From a virus (taxonomy: Duplodnaviria; Caudoviricetes), in the IMG/VR virus record IMGVR_UViG_3300038318_000072, positions 1-29,001 of that record: 29,001 bases of DNA, one strand, 5' to 3'. The notes under the pieces were generated by a model. That model was given only the letters and a program-made list of their open reading frames with translations, did not search any database and was not told where the DNA came from. Positions 1 through 7,969 of the stretch are shown here, piece by piece. Made by a program: the position numbers and the translations under genes. How positions within the stretch are numbered: position 1 is the stretch's first letter; every line of letters begins with the position of its first letter.

Positions 1-170
1 CGGAAAAACTAAAAGAATTTATATCAGACTGCATAGAAGAATTTGAACTATTTGATTCGGACGCAGAAGAAAAATACTTTTGGAGCCCTTCGCTGTTAAG
101 GCGAATGCGGGCCTATGAAGAAGTAATTAACAAGCGCAGAGAGGCCGCCAACTCCCGATGGAATCGGTAA
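1..170 (+). CDS. 3' end of DUF4373/Lin1244-Lin1753-like protein (phage replication-initiator N-terminal-type domain), partial
   Basis: Frame 3 reads EKLKEFISDCIEEFELFDSDAEEKYFWSPSLLRRMRAYEEVINKRREAANSRWNR*. The DC..EF.LF / FWS.SL.RRM / RREAA..RW pattern is recognised from this family. Confidence 0.6.
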   Translation, partial: EKLKEFISDCIEEFELFDSDAEEKYFWSPSLLRRMRAYEEVINKRREAANSRWNR

Positions 171-366
171 TTAATGCGCTTGCAATGCATATGCATACCT
201 TTTGCTTTGCTTTTGGTATGCGAGAAGAGAAGAGAAGATAGATAAGATAAGAATAGAGAAGAAGAGATTAGAGGGGATTGTTAAGGGGAGGGAAAAGGCA
301 TGGAAATAGGATGAAGAATCTCTCCTGTTGTGGTAGAATCAAGGAAAAGTACGAGGGAGTGAGCGC

Positions 367-540
367 ATGAATTATGGATATAAGATATATAAAGATAAAG
401 ACGGTTATGTTGTAGCGTCCGATGGCGAAGTTGTAGCCCGCTGTAAGACGGAAAAAGAGTGCAGAGAAATTGTTACAGGTCTTAAAAGGGCGTCAGAGAG
501 AGCAACCGAGCAAATTAACAAGATACTACTGTCAAAGTAG
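367..540 (+). CDS. 57 aa hypothetical protein (moron-like cassette)
   Basis: MNYGYKIYKDKDGYVVASDGEVVARCKTEKECREIVTGLKRASERATEQINKILLSK. RBS gagggagtga, upstream TGnTAGAAT extended -10 near 331-339, terminator downstream. Confidence 0.65.
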   Translation: MNYGYKIYKDKDGYVVASDGEVVARCKTEKECREIVTGLKRASERATEQINKILLSK

Positions 541-559
541 TGCTAAAAGACCAGCACAC

Positions 560-580
560 AGCCCCTACGGGGGCTTTTTT
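560..580 (+). terminator. Intrinsic terminator
   Basis: agcccc-tacg-ggggct followed by a T run. Confidence 0.8.
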
Positions 581-600
581 CATGCGCGGAATTAGGGGAG

Positions 601-1146
601 GTGAGGAACGTGGCGGATAAGCTAACAATTAAACAAGAGAAGTTTGCTCAGGGCTTATTTGCCGGACTGAGCCAGAGGGAAGCCTATAAACAGGCTTTTA
701 ATTGTAGCCGCATGAAGGATGCTACTATAGATGTCAAGGCTTGTGAGTTAGCGAAAAAGGATAAGGTAAGGGTAAGGCTCCAAAAGCTACAAAATGAGTT
801 TAAAGAACGAAACTTTGTCTCCGTTGAAAGAACCTTGCAAGAGTACGCCAGGCTTGGGTACTATGACCCGCGCAAGTTCTTTAATGAAGATGGCAGCCCT
901 AAACCCATACAGGACCTTGACGACGACACAGCGGCCGTTTTGGCGGGCTTTGAAGTCATGGAAGTATGGGAGGGCCATGGAGAAAACAGAGAATTTGTTG
1001 GTTATCTCAAAAAAATCAAATTGCCGGATAAACGAGCTGCCCTTGACAGCATAGCCCGGCATCTAGGCATGTTCGTCGAAAAATCAGAAGTCGAAATAAA
1101 ATCATTGCCGCAAATCATAATTAAGCGCGGTGGTAACGGTGAATGA
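601..1146 (+). CDS. terS: Terminase small subunit
   Basis: N-terminal HTH LTIKQEKFAQG...QREAYKQAF, C-terminal KIKLPDKRAALDSIARHLGMF, directly upstream of TerL. Start may be GTG 610. Confidence 0.9.
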   Translation: MRNVADKLTIKQEKFAQGLFAGLSQREAYKQAFNCSRMKDATIDVKACELAKKDKVRVRLQKLQNEFKERNFVSVERTLQEYARLGYYDPRKFFNEDGSPKPIQDLDDDTAAVLAGFEVMEVWEGHGENREFVGYLKKIKLPDKRAALDSIARHLGMFVEKSEVEIKSLPQIIIKRGGNGE

Positions 1147-2605
1147 TGTAAATGATATAAGAAAAATTGAGATTATACCGCTTTACTATGATTATGTTTT
1201 AACGCAAAACTACCCTGTAAATATTCTTGTCGGGGGAAGAAACTCCGGAAAGTCTTATTTTATGGAACAACTTGCGGTAATCAATATGCACAACAACGAA
1301 AAATACAAATTACTGGTTATAGAAGATGTTGAAACAAACATCGGAGCAGGAGTTAAGGATGGCATAGAAAACAGAGCAGAGGAATTTGGGTACGATTCGG
1401 TTTTTAAGTCAACTAAGCAGCCGCCGGAGATAAAACATAGAGTAACAGGCAGTACAACAATATTCAAGGGCTATCATAGCAAAGAACAACAAAAACAAGT
1501 TAAATCCCTAAACGAAGTCACTGCCGCATGGTACGAAGAAGCTGAAAAAATAACATATGACCAGTTTAAAGCGTTACGGATGCAGTTAAGGGGAGGGGAC
1601 GGCGAGAATAGGCAGTTATTTTTAACCCTAAACCCTATCAACTCAGAAGGGTTTATTAACCAATACTTCTTTGAGACTTTGCCAGATAAAGTATTTGAAA
1701 GGTTCCCCGACGGCAGGCCCAAAGTGTTTGAAAAGAATATTACGGTTGAAATACAAGAGGGGGAAATTGTATCAATACCCTGCATTATTGTAGTTTCAAC
1801 GCATTGGGATAACCCCTATCTGACAGCCGAACAAAGAGCTGATATAGAGGAATTAAAGGACACTGATCCAGATCAGTATGCAATGCTTGCAGAAGGGAAG
1901 TTTGTAAAGGGCGAAGGAGCCTATTTCTCTGAATTCCAGAAACATATCCACGTTATTGAACCTTTCGTAATCCCCGACCACTGGAAACGCTACACAACCA
2001 CAGACTATGGCCTGGACATGTTGGCAAACTACTGGATAGCAGTAGACCCTAATAATAAAGCATATGTCTACAAAGAACTATACGAAAGCAACCTGATTAT
2101 TTCCGATGCTGCCAAGAGAATTAAAGAGGTAAACGGGGACGATGTTATTTATTCGAAATTTGCCCCACCCGACTTATGGAATAGGCGGCAAGAAACAGGG
2201 AAAAGCGCAGCCCAGCTATTTTCTGAAAACGGAGAAGTATTAACAAAGGCTAATAACAACAGGGTACAAGGCTGGTACAACTTAAAGGAATGGCTCAAAC
2301 CCTACGAAGATGAGCAAGGTATAAAGACGGCCAGCTTGGTTATATTCAAGAATTGCGCAAATTTAATAAGGACATTGCCGCAGCTACAGAGGGACGAAAA
2401 GGACCCAAACGACGTAGCGACCGAGCCACACGAATTAACGCACGGCCCGGATGCTATAAGATACTTTATAGCTGGCAGACCGTCCCCGCATAAGCCCGAG
2501 GCAGTTAAGTTGCCCGACACATTGCCCCCGGACCTGCGCCGTGACCTGGAACGCGACCCGGAGGCTATGCGGCACTGGCTCAGCCAGCACCCGGAATATA
2601 GATAG
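1130..2605 (+). CDS. terL: Terminase large subunit (PBSX-type ATPase plus RNase H-like nuclease)
   Basis: Walker A GGRNSGKS, Walker B AWYEEA, coupling motif TLNP, STHWDNPYL, nuclease DYG and HGPDAIRY. Start may be GTG 1139. Confidence 0.95.
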   Translation: MVTVNDVNDIRKIEIIPLYYDYVLTQNYPVNILVGGRNSGKSYFMEQLAVINMHNNEKYKLLVIEDVETNIGAGVKDGIENRAEEFGYDSVFKSTKQPPEIKHRVTGSTTIFKGYHSKEQQKQVKSLNEVTAAWYEEAEKITYDQFKALRMQLRGGDGENRQLFLTLNPINSEGFINQYFFETLPDKVFERFPDGRPKVFEKNITVEIQEGEIVSIPCIIVVSTHWDNPYLTAEQRADIEELKDTDPDQYAMLAEGKFVKGEGAYFSEFQKHIHVIEPFVIPDHWKRYTTTDYGLDMLANYWIAVDPNNKAYVYKELYESNLIISDAAKRIKEVNGDDVIYSKFAPPDLWNRRQETGKSAAQLFSENGEVLTKANNNRVQGWYNLKEWLKPYEDEQGIKTASLVIFKNCANLIRTLPQLQRDEKDPNDVATEPHELTHGPDAIRYFIAGRPSPHKPEAVKLPDTLPPDLRRDLERDPEAMRHWLSQHPEYR

Positions 2606-2616
2606 GAGGAAACCTT

Positions 2617-2688
2617 ATGGAATCAATCATTTCTGCATTTTTGGGCATTGTGATAGGCATATTGCTTTGCATATTGCTTTTTGTATAA
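2617..2688 (+). CDS. 23 aa hydrophobic single-TM micropeptide
   Basis: RBS ggagga; MESIISAFLGIVIGILLCILLFV*. Confidence 0.5.
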   Translation: MESIISAFLGIVIGILLCILLFV

Positions 2689-2714
2689 CACCTGAATAAA
2701 AAGGAGGAGAGAAA

Positions 2715-2843
2715 ATGACAGGATCAACAGGACGGGGAGAAGGACTGGTGAAAATGGTTAACTTATGGGAATTGCCGTATAAGATATTTATTCCAAAGGA
2801 CGAACCAGCGCAACCCCCACGCACCCGCAAGGGTGCTTTTTAG
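2715..2843 (+). CDS. 42 aa hypothetical peptide
   Basis: Strong RBS aaggagg; MTGSTGRGEGLVKMVNLWELPYKIFIPKDEPAQPPRTRKGAF*. The 3' end overlaps a terminator. Confidence 0.4.
   Translation: MTGSTGRGEGLVKMVNLWELPYKIFIPKDEPAQPPRTRKGAF
2821..2841 (+). terminator. Intrinsic terminator
   Basis: gcaccc-gcaa-gggtgc-ttttt. Confidence 0.75.
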
Positions 2844-2866
2844 TGCCTAGAAGGCAGGTGACTACA

Positions 2867-2980
2867 TTGAGTAATGTAATAGATTATCTTGCCGTAATGG
2901 GCAAGGTAAGCCGCAGGAGTAACCTATTTAAGCGGCTTATGGCCTGGGCAAGGTTTGAAATGCGAGGTGACAGACATTGA
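2867..2980 (+). CDS. 37 aa hypothetical peptide translationally coupled to portal
   Basis: RBS gcaggtga, TTG start; its TGA overlaps the portal TTG. Confidence 0.4.
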   Translation: MSNVIDYLAVMGKVSRRSNLFKRLMAWARFEMRGDRH

Positions 2981-5136
2981 AACTCCCCGGTTTTATTACA
3001 AAGGTGGTGGATAAGGTGAAAGAGCACCAGGAGGAAATACAAGAACATGAAGCGCAGCAGGCTAAACTCGAAGGCTGGAAAAAGCGGTTACAAGAGGCCA
3101 TGGAGGAGCACGAAACCTTCCGGGCTGAGTGCGCTACATACGATGCTTTATATGGCGGTACTAAGCAGATTAGGCCGCTGGGCGGCACAGATATATATGT
3201 ATCGGACAGATACCAGGATGCAAACAACCCCGAACCAGCTAGGCAAGTAGTTAATATCATCTTCCAGCTCATAGAATCCCAGATAGACGTAAATCTCCCC
3301 GTCCCGGCGGTAGAGCCAACCGAGGAAGAAGATGAATCTGAACGCCGCCACATGATCGAGGGGCAGTTGTCCTACATGGCCGGCGATACTTCACTGAGAA
3401 GGATTAACAGCGAGAATGAGCGCATAGTCAAAAAGAACGGGCTAGGCTACTTCAAAGTACACTGGAACCCGGACTACAAGGCTCATACCTACCGTGGCAG
3501 GATAGAGACTACTAGCCCGCACCCGGGCAATATCGTACTGCAACCCGGAGTGACTAAAATACGCGATATGGACTACCTATTTCACATCGAAAACCGGACT
3601 ATAGATTATATTTGCCGCGAATACGGCGAAGAATACCGGGAGCAAATAGAGGCAGAGAACCTGGAATACGGGCAGTTAGACTACTTTAACAGTGGTACCG
3701 ATAGCTATAGCAATGAAAAAACCAAGAAGCTATCCATCGTTGAAGCCTGGTACAAAGACACAGACGGAGATGTGGGAGTTTTAACTTGGGTAGGCGATAT
3801 AACCCTTCGAGATAAACCTAAATTCTTCTACAAGCGGGATGAATCTGGGGAAGTAATCGAATATGACGAAATAGACATATCCCAGCATGATGAGGAAGGA
3901 AACTTGACCGGTACCGAAACCGTACAGGTACGCTGCCATGTACCAAGCTACTTCCCCTTTGTACCCTGGTACAACATACCGAGGGAGAAGTCGGCACGAG
4001 GATTATCCGATCCGTATATTATTGCCGATCAGCAGGAGGGCATTAAAAAGCTACTGAGCATCGAAGAAGAAAAGCAAATGAAGGGCACGACAAAGATATT
4101 TGTGCGCAAAGGTAGCGGGGCTGAGAATAAGATCACTAATTCAGTGAGCCAGATTATCGTTACCGAAGATCCGGTAAATGACGTTGTAACTAAAGACTTA
4201 AAGACACCGGACAATGCTTTAAAGGACTTATATTATATCTACCTGCAGGCCGCCAAGGACGCACTAGGAATTACCGAGGCCAGCCAAGGCAGAACCGATA
4301 GAGGTAAAGAGTTATCAGGCCGAGCCTTAGAGATACTCGCGGCCAACACCCAGGGCAGGCTAGGCGTAAAAGCCGACGAAAAAGACATTGCCTATACCGA
4401 GCTTTATCGCATGTGGTATGATTTCCTGCTGGCCTTTGCCGACCACCGCATACCATACCGGACCGATGGCAAGGATAACCGCCCGGTATACGGTTACTGG
4501 GACAAATCCAAGTTAATCAAGCAGGACGATGCCGGAGAATGGTATTACCCCGAGTTTGATATATTCGTCCAAGCTGAATCAGCCTTACCGAAAGATAAGC
4601 GGTTTATCTTAGACTTAGCCAACAATGCCGGTGATAGATTAGATAATGTAGAATACTGGATGCTAATGGAGGCTATCGGAGTACCACAGGCTTCTGCGAT
4701 ACTGGAAATGGAGCAGCAAAAACTACAGCAGCAGCCACCACCGGGAGGTATGCCGCAGGATATGCCCATGTTGCCCGAAATGGCTGGAGGCATACCAAAT
4801 ATGCCGGAAACACCGAACGCGCCACCTGCGCCATTACAAGAGCCAATGCCGGGAGGAACACCGCCGGAAATAGCGCAGATGATCCAAACTTTGCCCCCGG
4901 ACATACAACAGCAGTTAATGAGTTTGCCGCCTGACCAGCAGGTGGCTTTTTTAATGCAGTTATTGCAGCAGGGGGAGCAACCACAGGCAGGAGCAGGATT
5001 GCCCCCGGATATTGAGCAGGTTATAGCCCAATTACCGCCTGAGATACAAGCGCAGTTTATGCAACTGCTGCAGACTAACCCCGAGGCGGCCATGACTATG
5101 CTGCAAGAGGTAATGGGAGGGCAAAACGGGCTATAG
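2977..5136 (+). CDS. Portal protein (P22-like) with long Pro/Gln-rich C-terminal tail
   Basis: 719 aa, follows TerL. Motifs VVNIIFQLIESQI, GLGYFKVHW, YFPFV, GITEASQG...SGRALEIL. Confidence 0.88.
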   Translation: MKLPGFITKVVDKVKEHQEEIQEHEAQQAKLEGWKKRLQEAMEEHETFRAECATYDALYGGTKQIRPLGGTDIYVSDRYQDANNPEPARQVVNIIFQLIESQIDVNLPVPAVEPTEEEDESERRHMIEGQLSYMAGDTSLRRINSENERIVKKNGLGYFKVHWNPDYKAHTYRGRIETTSPHPGNIVLQPGVTKIRDMDYLFHIENRTIDYICREYGEEYREQIEAENLEYGQLDYFNSGTDSYSNEKTKKLSIVEAWYKDTDGDVGVLTWVGDITLRDKPKFFYKRDESGEVIEYDEIDISQHDEEGNLTGTETVQVRCHVPSYFPFVPWYNIPREKSARGLSDPYIIADQQEGIKKLLSIEEEKQMKGTTKIFVRKGSGAENKITNSVSQIIVTEDPVNDVVTKDLKTPDNALKDLYYIYLQAAKDALGITEASQGRTDRGKELSGRALEILAANTQGRLGVKADEKDIAYTELYRMWYDFLLAFADHRIPYRTDGKDNRPVYGYWDKSKLIKQDDAGEWYYPEFDIFVQAESALPKDKRFILDLANNAGDRLDNVEYWMLMEAIGVPQASAILEMEQQKLQQQPPPGGMPQDMPMLPEMAGGIPNMPETPNAPPAPLQEPMPGGTPPEIAQMIQTLPPDIQQQLMSLPPDQQVAFLMQLLQQGEQPQAGAGLPPDIEQVIAQLPPEIQAQFMQLLQTNPEAAMTMLQEVMGGQNGL

Positions 5137-5146
5137 GAGGGCAGCC

Positions 5147-5281
5147 ATGACCCAAAACGAAATGCTACAGGCGCTTAGTCAGATATGGTTATCCTGCGCC
5201 AGGGATTGTCCAGAGGCAGATCAGGATGCCATTTTAGAGCATATCGAGGCTCTGCAATTACTAATATTTAAATTTGAGTAG
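5147..5281 (+). CDS. 44 aa hypothetical protein
   Basis: RBS ggagg; MTQNEMLQALSQIWLSCARDCPEADQDAILEHIEALQLLIFKFE*. Confidence 0.55.
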   Translation: MTQNEMLQALSQIWLSCARDCPEADQDAILEHIEALQLLIFKFE

Positions 5282-5286
5282 AAAAT

Positions 5287-5413
5287 TGAGCGGTGGCGGA
5301 AAAAGGTAGACGCTTGCCAACGCTGTAAGGTACCCATTCTGATGTGATAACGACACAGGGTGACAAGCGAAAAAGGTTGGTACTATGCAGGGTGCAAATC
5401 CCTGCCCGCTCAC
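5287..5413 (+). ncRNA. tRNA-like RNA with expanded anticodon arm
   Basis: Acceptor TGAGCGG/CCGCTCA, Leu-type D arm TGGCGGAAAAAGGTAGACGC, T-like arm GCAGGG-TGCAAAT-CCCTGC. The anticodon arm is replaced by ~70 nt closed by TGCCAAC/GTTGGTA. Confidence 0.65.
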
Positions 5414-5533
5414 ACAATAATGATGTTTACGTCTTTTGTTGGAAGCCGAAAGACAAGAGGCTTTGGCCGTTGAGTCTTATCAACGGTTTTATGCCGAGTT
5501 AGCTCGTTAGACAAGAGAGGTAGTTGATATCCA

Positions 5534-5869
5534 ATGCCCAAAATACATGACCTACCTGATGGTAGACATGCTTTTAGGTGCCCGGGGTGTGGTGAAGTCC
5601 ATACATTAAATGATACTTGGGAATTTAATGGCAATTATGATAGCCCGACATTTTCACCTTCTATTTTGGTCACTTCGGGACATTATATGCCTGGATACAA
5701 TAAGAATCATTGCTGGTGCACCTTTAACAAAGAGCATCCGGAAAGTCCTGTATTTAAATGTTATCGTTGTCATTCTTTTGTAAAGAATGGGATGATACAG
5801 TTCTTACCAGATTGCACCCACGAATTGACGGGGCAAACGGTAGAAATTCCGGATTGGAAAGAGGGGTAA
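5534..5869 (+). CDS. DUF6527-like Cys/His-rich protein
   Basis: FRCPGCG..H...WEFNGN..SPTFSPSILV...CHSFVKNGMIQFLPDCTHELTGQTV. Confidence 0.7.
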   Translation: MPKIHDLPDGRHAFRCPGCGEVHTLNDTWEFNGNYDSPTFSPSILVTSGHYMPGYNKNHCWCTFNKEHPESPVFKCYRCHSFVKNGMIQFLPDCTHELTGQTVEIPDWKEG

Positions 5870-5874
5870 TAGAA

Positions 5875-6117
5875 CTGACTAACACTGAGCGCAAAGAGAT
5901 TATAGACCGCTATCAATGCAACCCTTTCACACACCCTTTAACATGCGGATATAATTCAAACCACGAAATACTATTCCCTTCGCACGTTGATGAAAAATTA
6001 ATTTTGTATTGCCCTAATTGTGATTATAAACAAGAGATTAACGATGAATTCATTAAACTTTTAGACACATTAGACAAAAACGCCAATCAAATTAGGGAGA
6101 TGTTTGAAAAAACTTAA
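5875..6117 (+). CDS. Small putative Zn-binding protein (probable CTG start)
   Basis: HPLTCG...H...CPNCDYKQ. RBS gagggg 8 nt before an in-frame CTG. The ORF-track start at 5758 overlaps the upstream gene. Confidence 0.6.
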   Translation: MTNTERKEIIDRYQCNPFTHPLTCGYNSNHEILFPSHVDEKLILYCPNCDYKQEINDEFIKLLDTLDKNANQIREMFEKT

Positions 6118-6144
6118 CACGAATTGAAAAGGAGGGAAAAAAGT

Positions 6145-6552
6145 ATGGCTAAATACCGTAAGAAACCGGTTGTCATTGAGGCTTATTGCCCATACAAAGG
6201 AAAGATGCCGGAATGGCTTGAAAGTGCATTATGCAATAGGGGGATTCGGGAGCGCGTGTCTGGTGGTTTTGATATTGATACCTTAGAGGGCACTATGCAC
6301 GCAAGCGAGGGCGACTACATTATTAAAGGTGTAAACGGCGAGTTTTACCCATGCAAACCAGAAATATTCAAGAAAACTTATGAATTAGTAGAAGGAGAGA
6401 AGCGATTTTGTATACCGATATTCTTAACCACTTGGATACTGAGATTCAAAATCTCCAAAACCAGATATATGAACTTTCGGAAAGGAAGAAAGAACGCGAA
6501 AAAGCTAGAGAGTCTATCAGATTACTTCAAGCCGAAGAAGAAAAGAAGGTAG
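6145..6552 (+). CDS. Widespread phage protein of the KKPVVIEA/TLEG/GDYIIKGV/YPCKP family, with C-terminal run-on
   Basis: MAKYRKKPVVIEA...TLEGTMHASEGDYIIKGVNGEFYPCKPEIFKKTYE; RBS aaggaggg. Confidence 0.8.
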   Translation: MAKYRKKPVVIEAYCPYKGKMPEWLESALCNRGIRERVSGGFDIDTLEGTMHASEGDYIIKGVNGEFYPCKPEIFKKTYELVEGEKRFCIPIFLTTWILRFKISKTRYMNFRKGRKNAKKLESLSDYFKPKKKRR

Positions 6553-6677
6553 GCAATCTGGCTGTACAGAAGGGTATTTGCCCATTTCCAGATGCATGCG
6601 AGAAGGCCAAGTACTGTACTCTTAATCGTTGCAATGCCGACACATGTTCAAATGGCTATGCTTATCGCATGAGCTAA
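6408..6677 (+). CDS. Coiled-coil protein with Cys-rich tail
   Basis: RBS aaggag, TTG start, heptad-rich N-terminus, five Cys at the C-terminus. Confidence 0.55.
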   Translation: MYTDILNHLDTEIQNLQNQIYELSERKKEREKARESIRLLQAEEEKKVGNLAVQKGICPFPDACEKAKYCTLNRCNADTCSNGYAYRMS

Positions 6678-6854
6678 AAGCATGACGTAAAAGGTATGTA
6701 ACCAACCGGTTAGGCAGCGAGCCTGGGGAGTATAAGCCATATGCAGGGGTGGGTGCAGGCATATAAATTAATTTTAATAGCTAGCAGTATATCCGGTGCT
6801 TATTAAGATTTAAGCCCGGATTTTTTAATTAGGTTTTAAAAAAGGAGTGGGAAA

Positions 6855-7133
6855 ATGGATAAAAACACTAATGAATTGATCGAAAAACTGTCCTCTAAGG
6901 TACACGACGCATGGTGGGAAGAAAAGAAAAGGCAAGGATTTCATCCGCCAAGTAATCACGAGGGCGATGGGAAATATAATCCTGCGTGTGATAAGTTTTA
7001 TAAAACATGCAACCGTTGCCATACTGATATGTACCCTTACGATGAACTGCCGGAGCACGTTAAAGAGTATGATCGGGTAACGGTTAGGGCTATATTAAAG
7101 GCTATTGACGAGTTGGGGATAAAATTAGTTTAG
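6855..7133 (+). CDS. Stand-alone RyR-domain protein
   Basis: [22 protein letters not shown]...[19 protein letters not shown] matches the RyR repeat pattern (H..W...K...GW...H..L.PY.EL....K.YDR). Confidence 0.8.
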   Translation: MDKNTNELIEKLSSKVHDAWWEEKKRQGFHPPSNHEGDGKYNPACDKFYKTCNRCHTDMYPYDELPEHVKEYDRVTVRAILKAIDELGIKLV

Positions 7134-7149
7134 AAAGCGAGGAATTATC

Positions 7150-7521
7150 GTGAAGGAGCTTAAAAATGGATTAATAACTCAGAAATACACAAAGGTGCTG
7201 CATGAAAAAGATTATCAGTATAATGCACCGCATCATTTTACAGTACACAGTATGGAAAAACAACCAGAAGGTACCCCGCAACCATTTCTTGCGGCGATAG
7301 ACTTTCAAGAAGGACCTATCAAAGAGTGCGGCGTTAACGGGGTAAATAACGAGGACTTAATCGCTATGGTTATTTGCAGATTACAGCATTTTCAGAATAG
7401 TGATTTCAAATGCCGTGAAAACGCTATGGCTATAACCAAGTTGGAAGAATGTCTCATGTGGCTGAGGAAGAGAACCAATGACAGAGAATTAAGAGGAGCC
7501 GAGGGAACGCATCAAGTTTAA
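7150..7521 (+). CDS. tad1: Tad1-family (Thoeris anti-defence 1) cyclic-nucleotide sponge
   Basis: APHHF...[71 protein letters not shown] follows the Tad1 consensus (FQ.G...GV...DL...RL..FQ...F..REN..A.T..EE.LMW...R..DR..R...GT). Confidence 0.85.
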   Translation: MKELKNGLITQKYTKVLHEKDYQYNAPHHFTVHSMEKQPEGTPQPFLAAIDFQEGPIKECGVNGVNNEDLIAMVICRLQHFQNSDFKCRENAMAITKLEECLMWLRKRTNDRELRGAEGTHQV

Positions 7522-7524
7522 TAT

Positions 7525-7614
7525 GTGGTTCGGCGAAGGTTGCACCGTTTTGCCGTTGGTAGCGAAAGCAGGCCATAAATCGCAACCGTTCCGGGGTGGA
7601 AGTCCCCGGGCCAC
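7525..7614 (+). ncRNA. Second tRNA-like / T-arm-containing structured RNA
   Basis: Closing GTGGT/GCCAC, central stem GGTTGC/GCAACC, T-like arm CCGGGG-TGGAAGT-CCCCGG. Confidence 0.45.
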
Positions 7615-7661
7615 TCATAATACAGACCATATTGCTGATGTCGGGAAAATGGTTAAACACA

Positions 7662-7683
7662 GACGCCTACGGGCGTTATTTTT
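7662..7683 (+). terminator. Probable intrinsic terminator
   Basis: gacgcc-tacg-ggcgtt-attttt. Confidence 0.55.
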
Positions 7684-7699
7684 GATTGGAGGAATTGAA

Positions 7700-7969
7700 A
7701 TGCCGAGTTTAAATGTAAGTGATTGTGCAGGAATGGTCCCTAAAATGGTTACCTTATCTGACAATCTGGAACGCACCGAAAGTACTTTAAATAACATTAA
7801 TAAGGTGATTAGCGAAATACGCGCCAAGTTCCAAGGACCTATGCCATGTGCTGAATGTGGCGACGAAGCGAAAAGAGCAAAACCCGGAATACTTGAACAA
7901 GCTGAGATAAATATGATACACGCAGAGGCGATATTTAAGGACCTGAGCGAACTAGGGGAACGGCTATAG
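7700..7969 (+). CDS. 89 aa hypothetical helical protein
   Basis: RBS ggagg before ATG 7700 (MPSLNVSD...). The longer ORF-track start runs through the RNA element and terminator. Confidence 0.65.
   Translation: MPSLNVSDCAGMVPKMVTLSDNLERTESTLNNINKVISEIRAKFQGPMPCAECGDEAKRAKPGILEQAEINMIHAEAIFKDLSELGERL

Noticed and set aside
222-275. AG-rich short repeats as a CRISPR array or microsatellite locus
   Set aside because: Irregular ~5 bp units with no repeat-spacer structure. No CRISPR array was seen anywhere in the window.
5287-5413. Functional tRNA-Leu, tmRNA or intron-containing tRNA
   Set aside because: No canonical anticodon loop can be formed, and the insert is far too short for a tmRNA body or group I intron.
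6145-6400. Assignment to Tad2 or Acb4
   Set aside because: The sequence lacks the motifs I associate with those families, so it is left as an unassigned candidate.
7523-7699. N-terminal extension of the 148 aa ORF
   Set aside because: It crosses a structured RNA and a terminator; the good RBS precedes ATG 7700.
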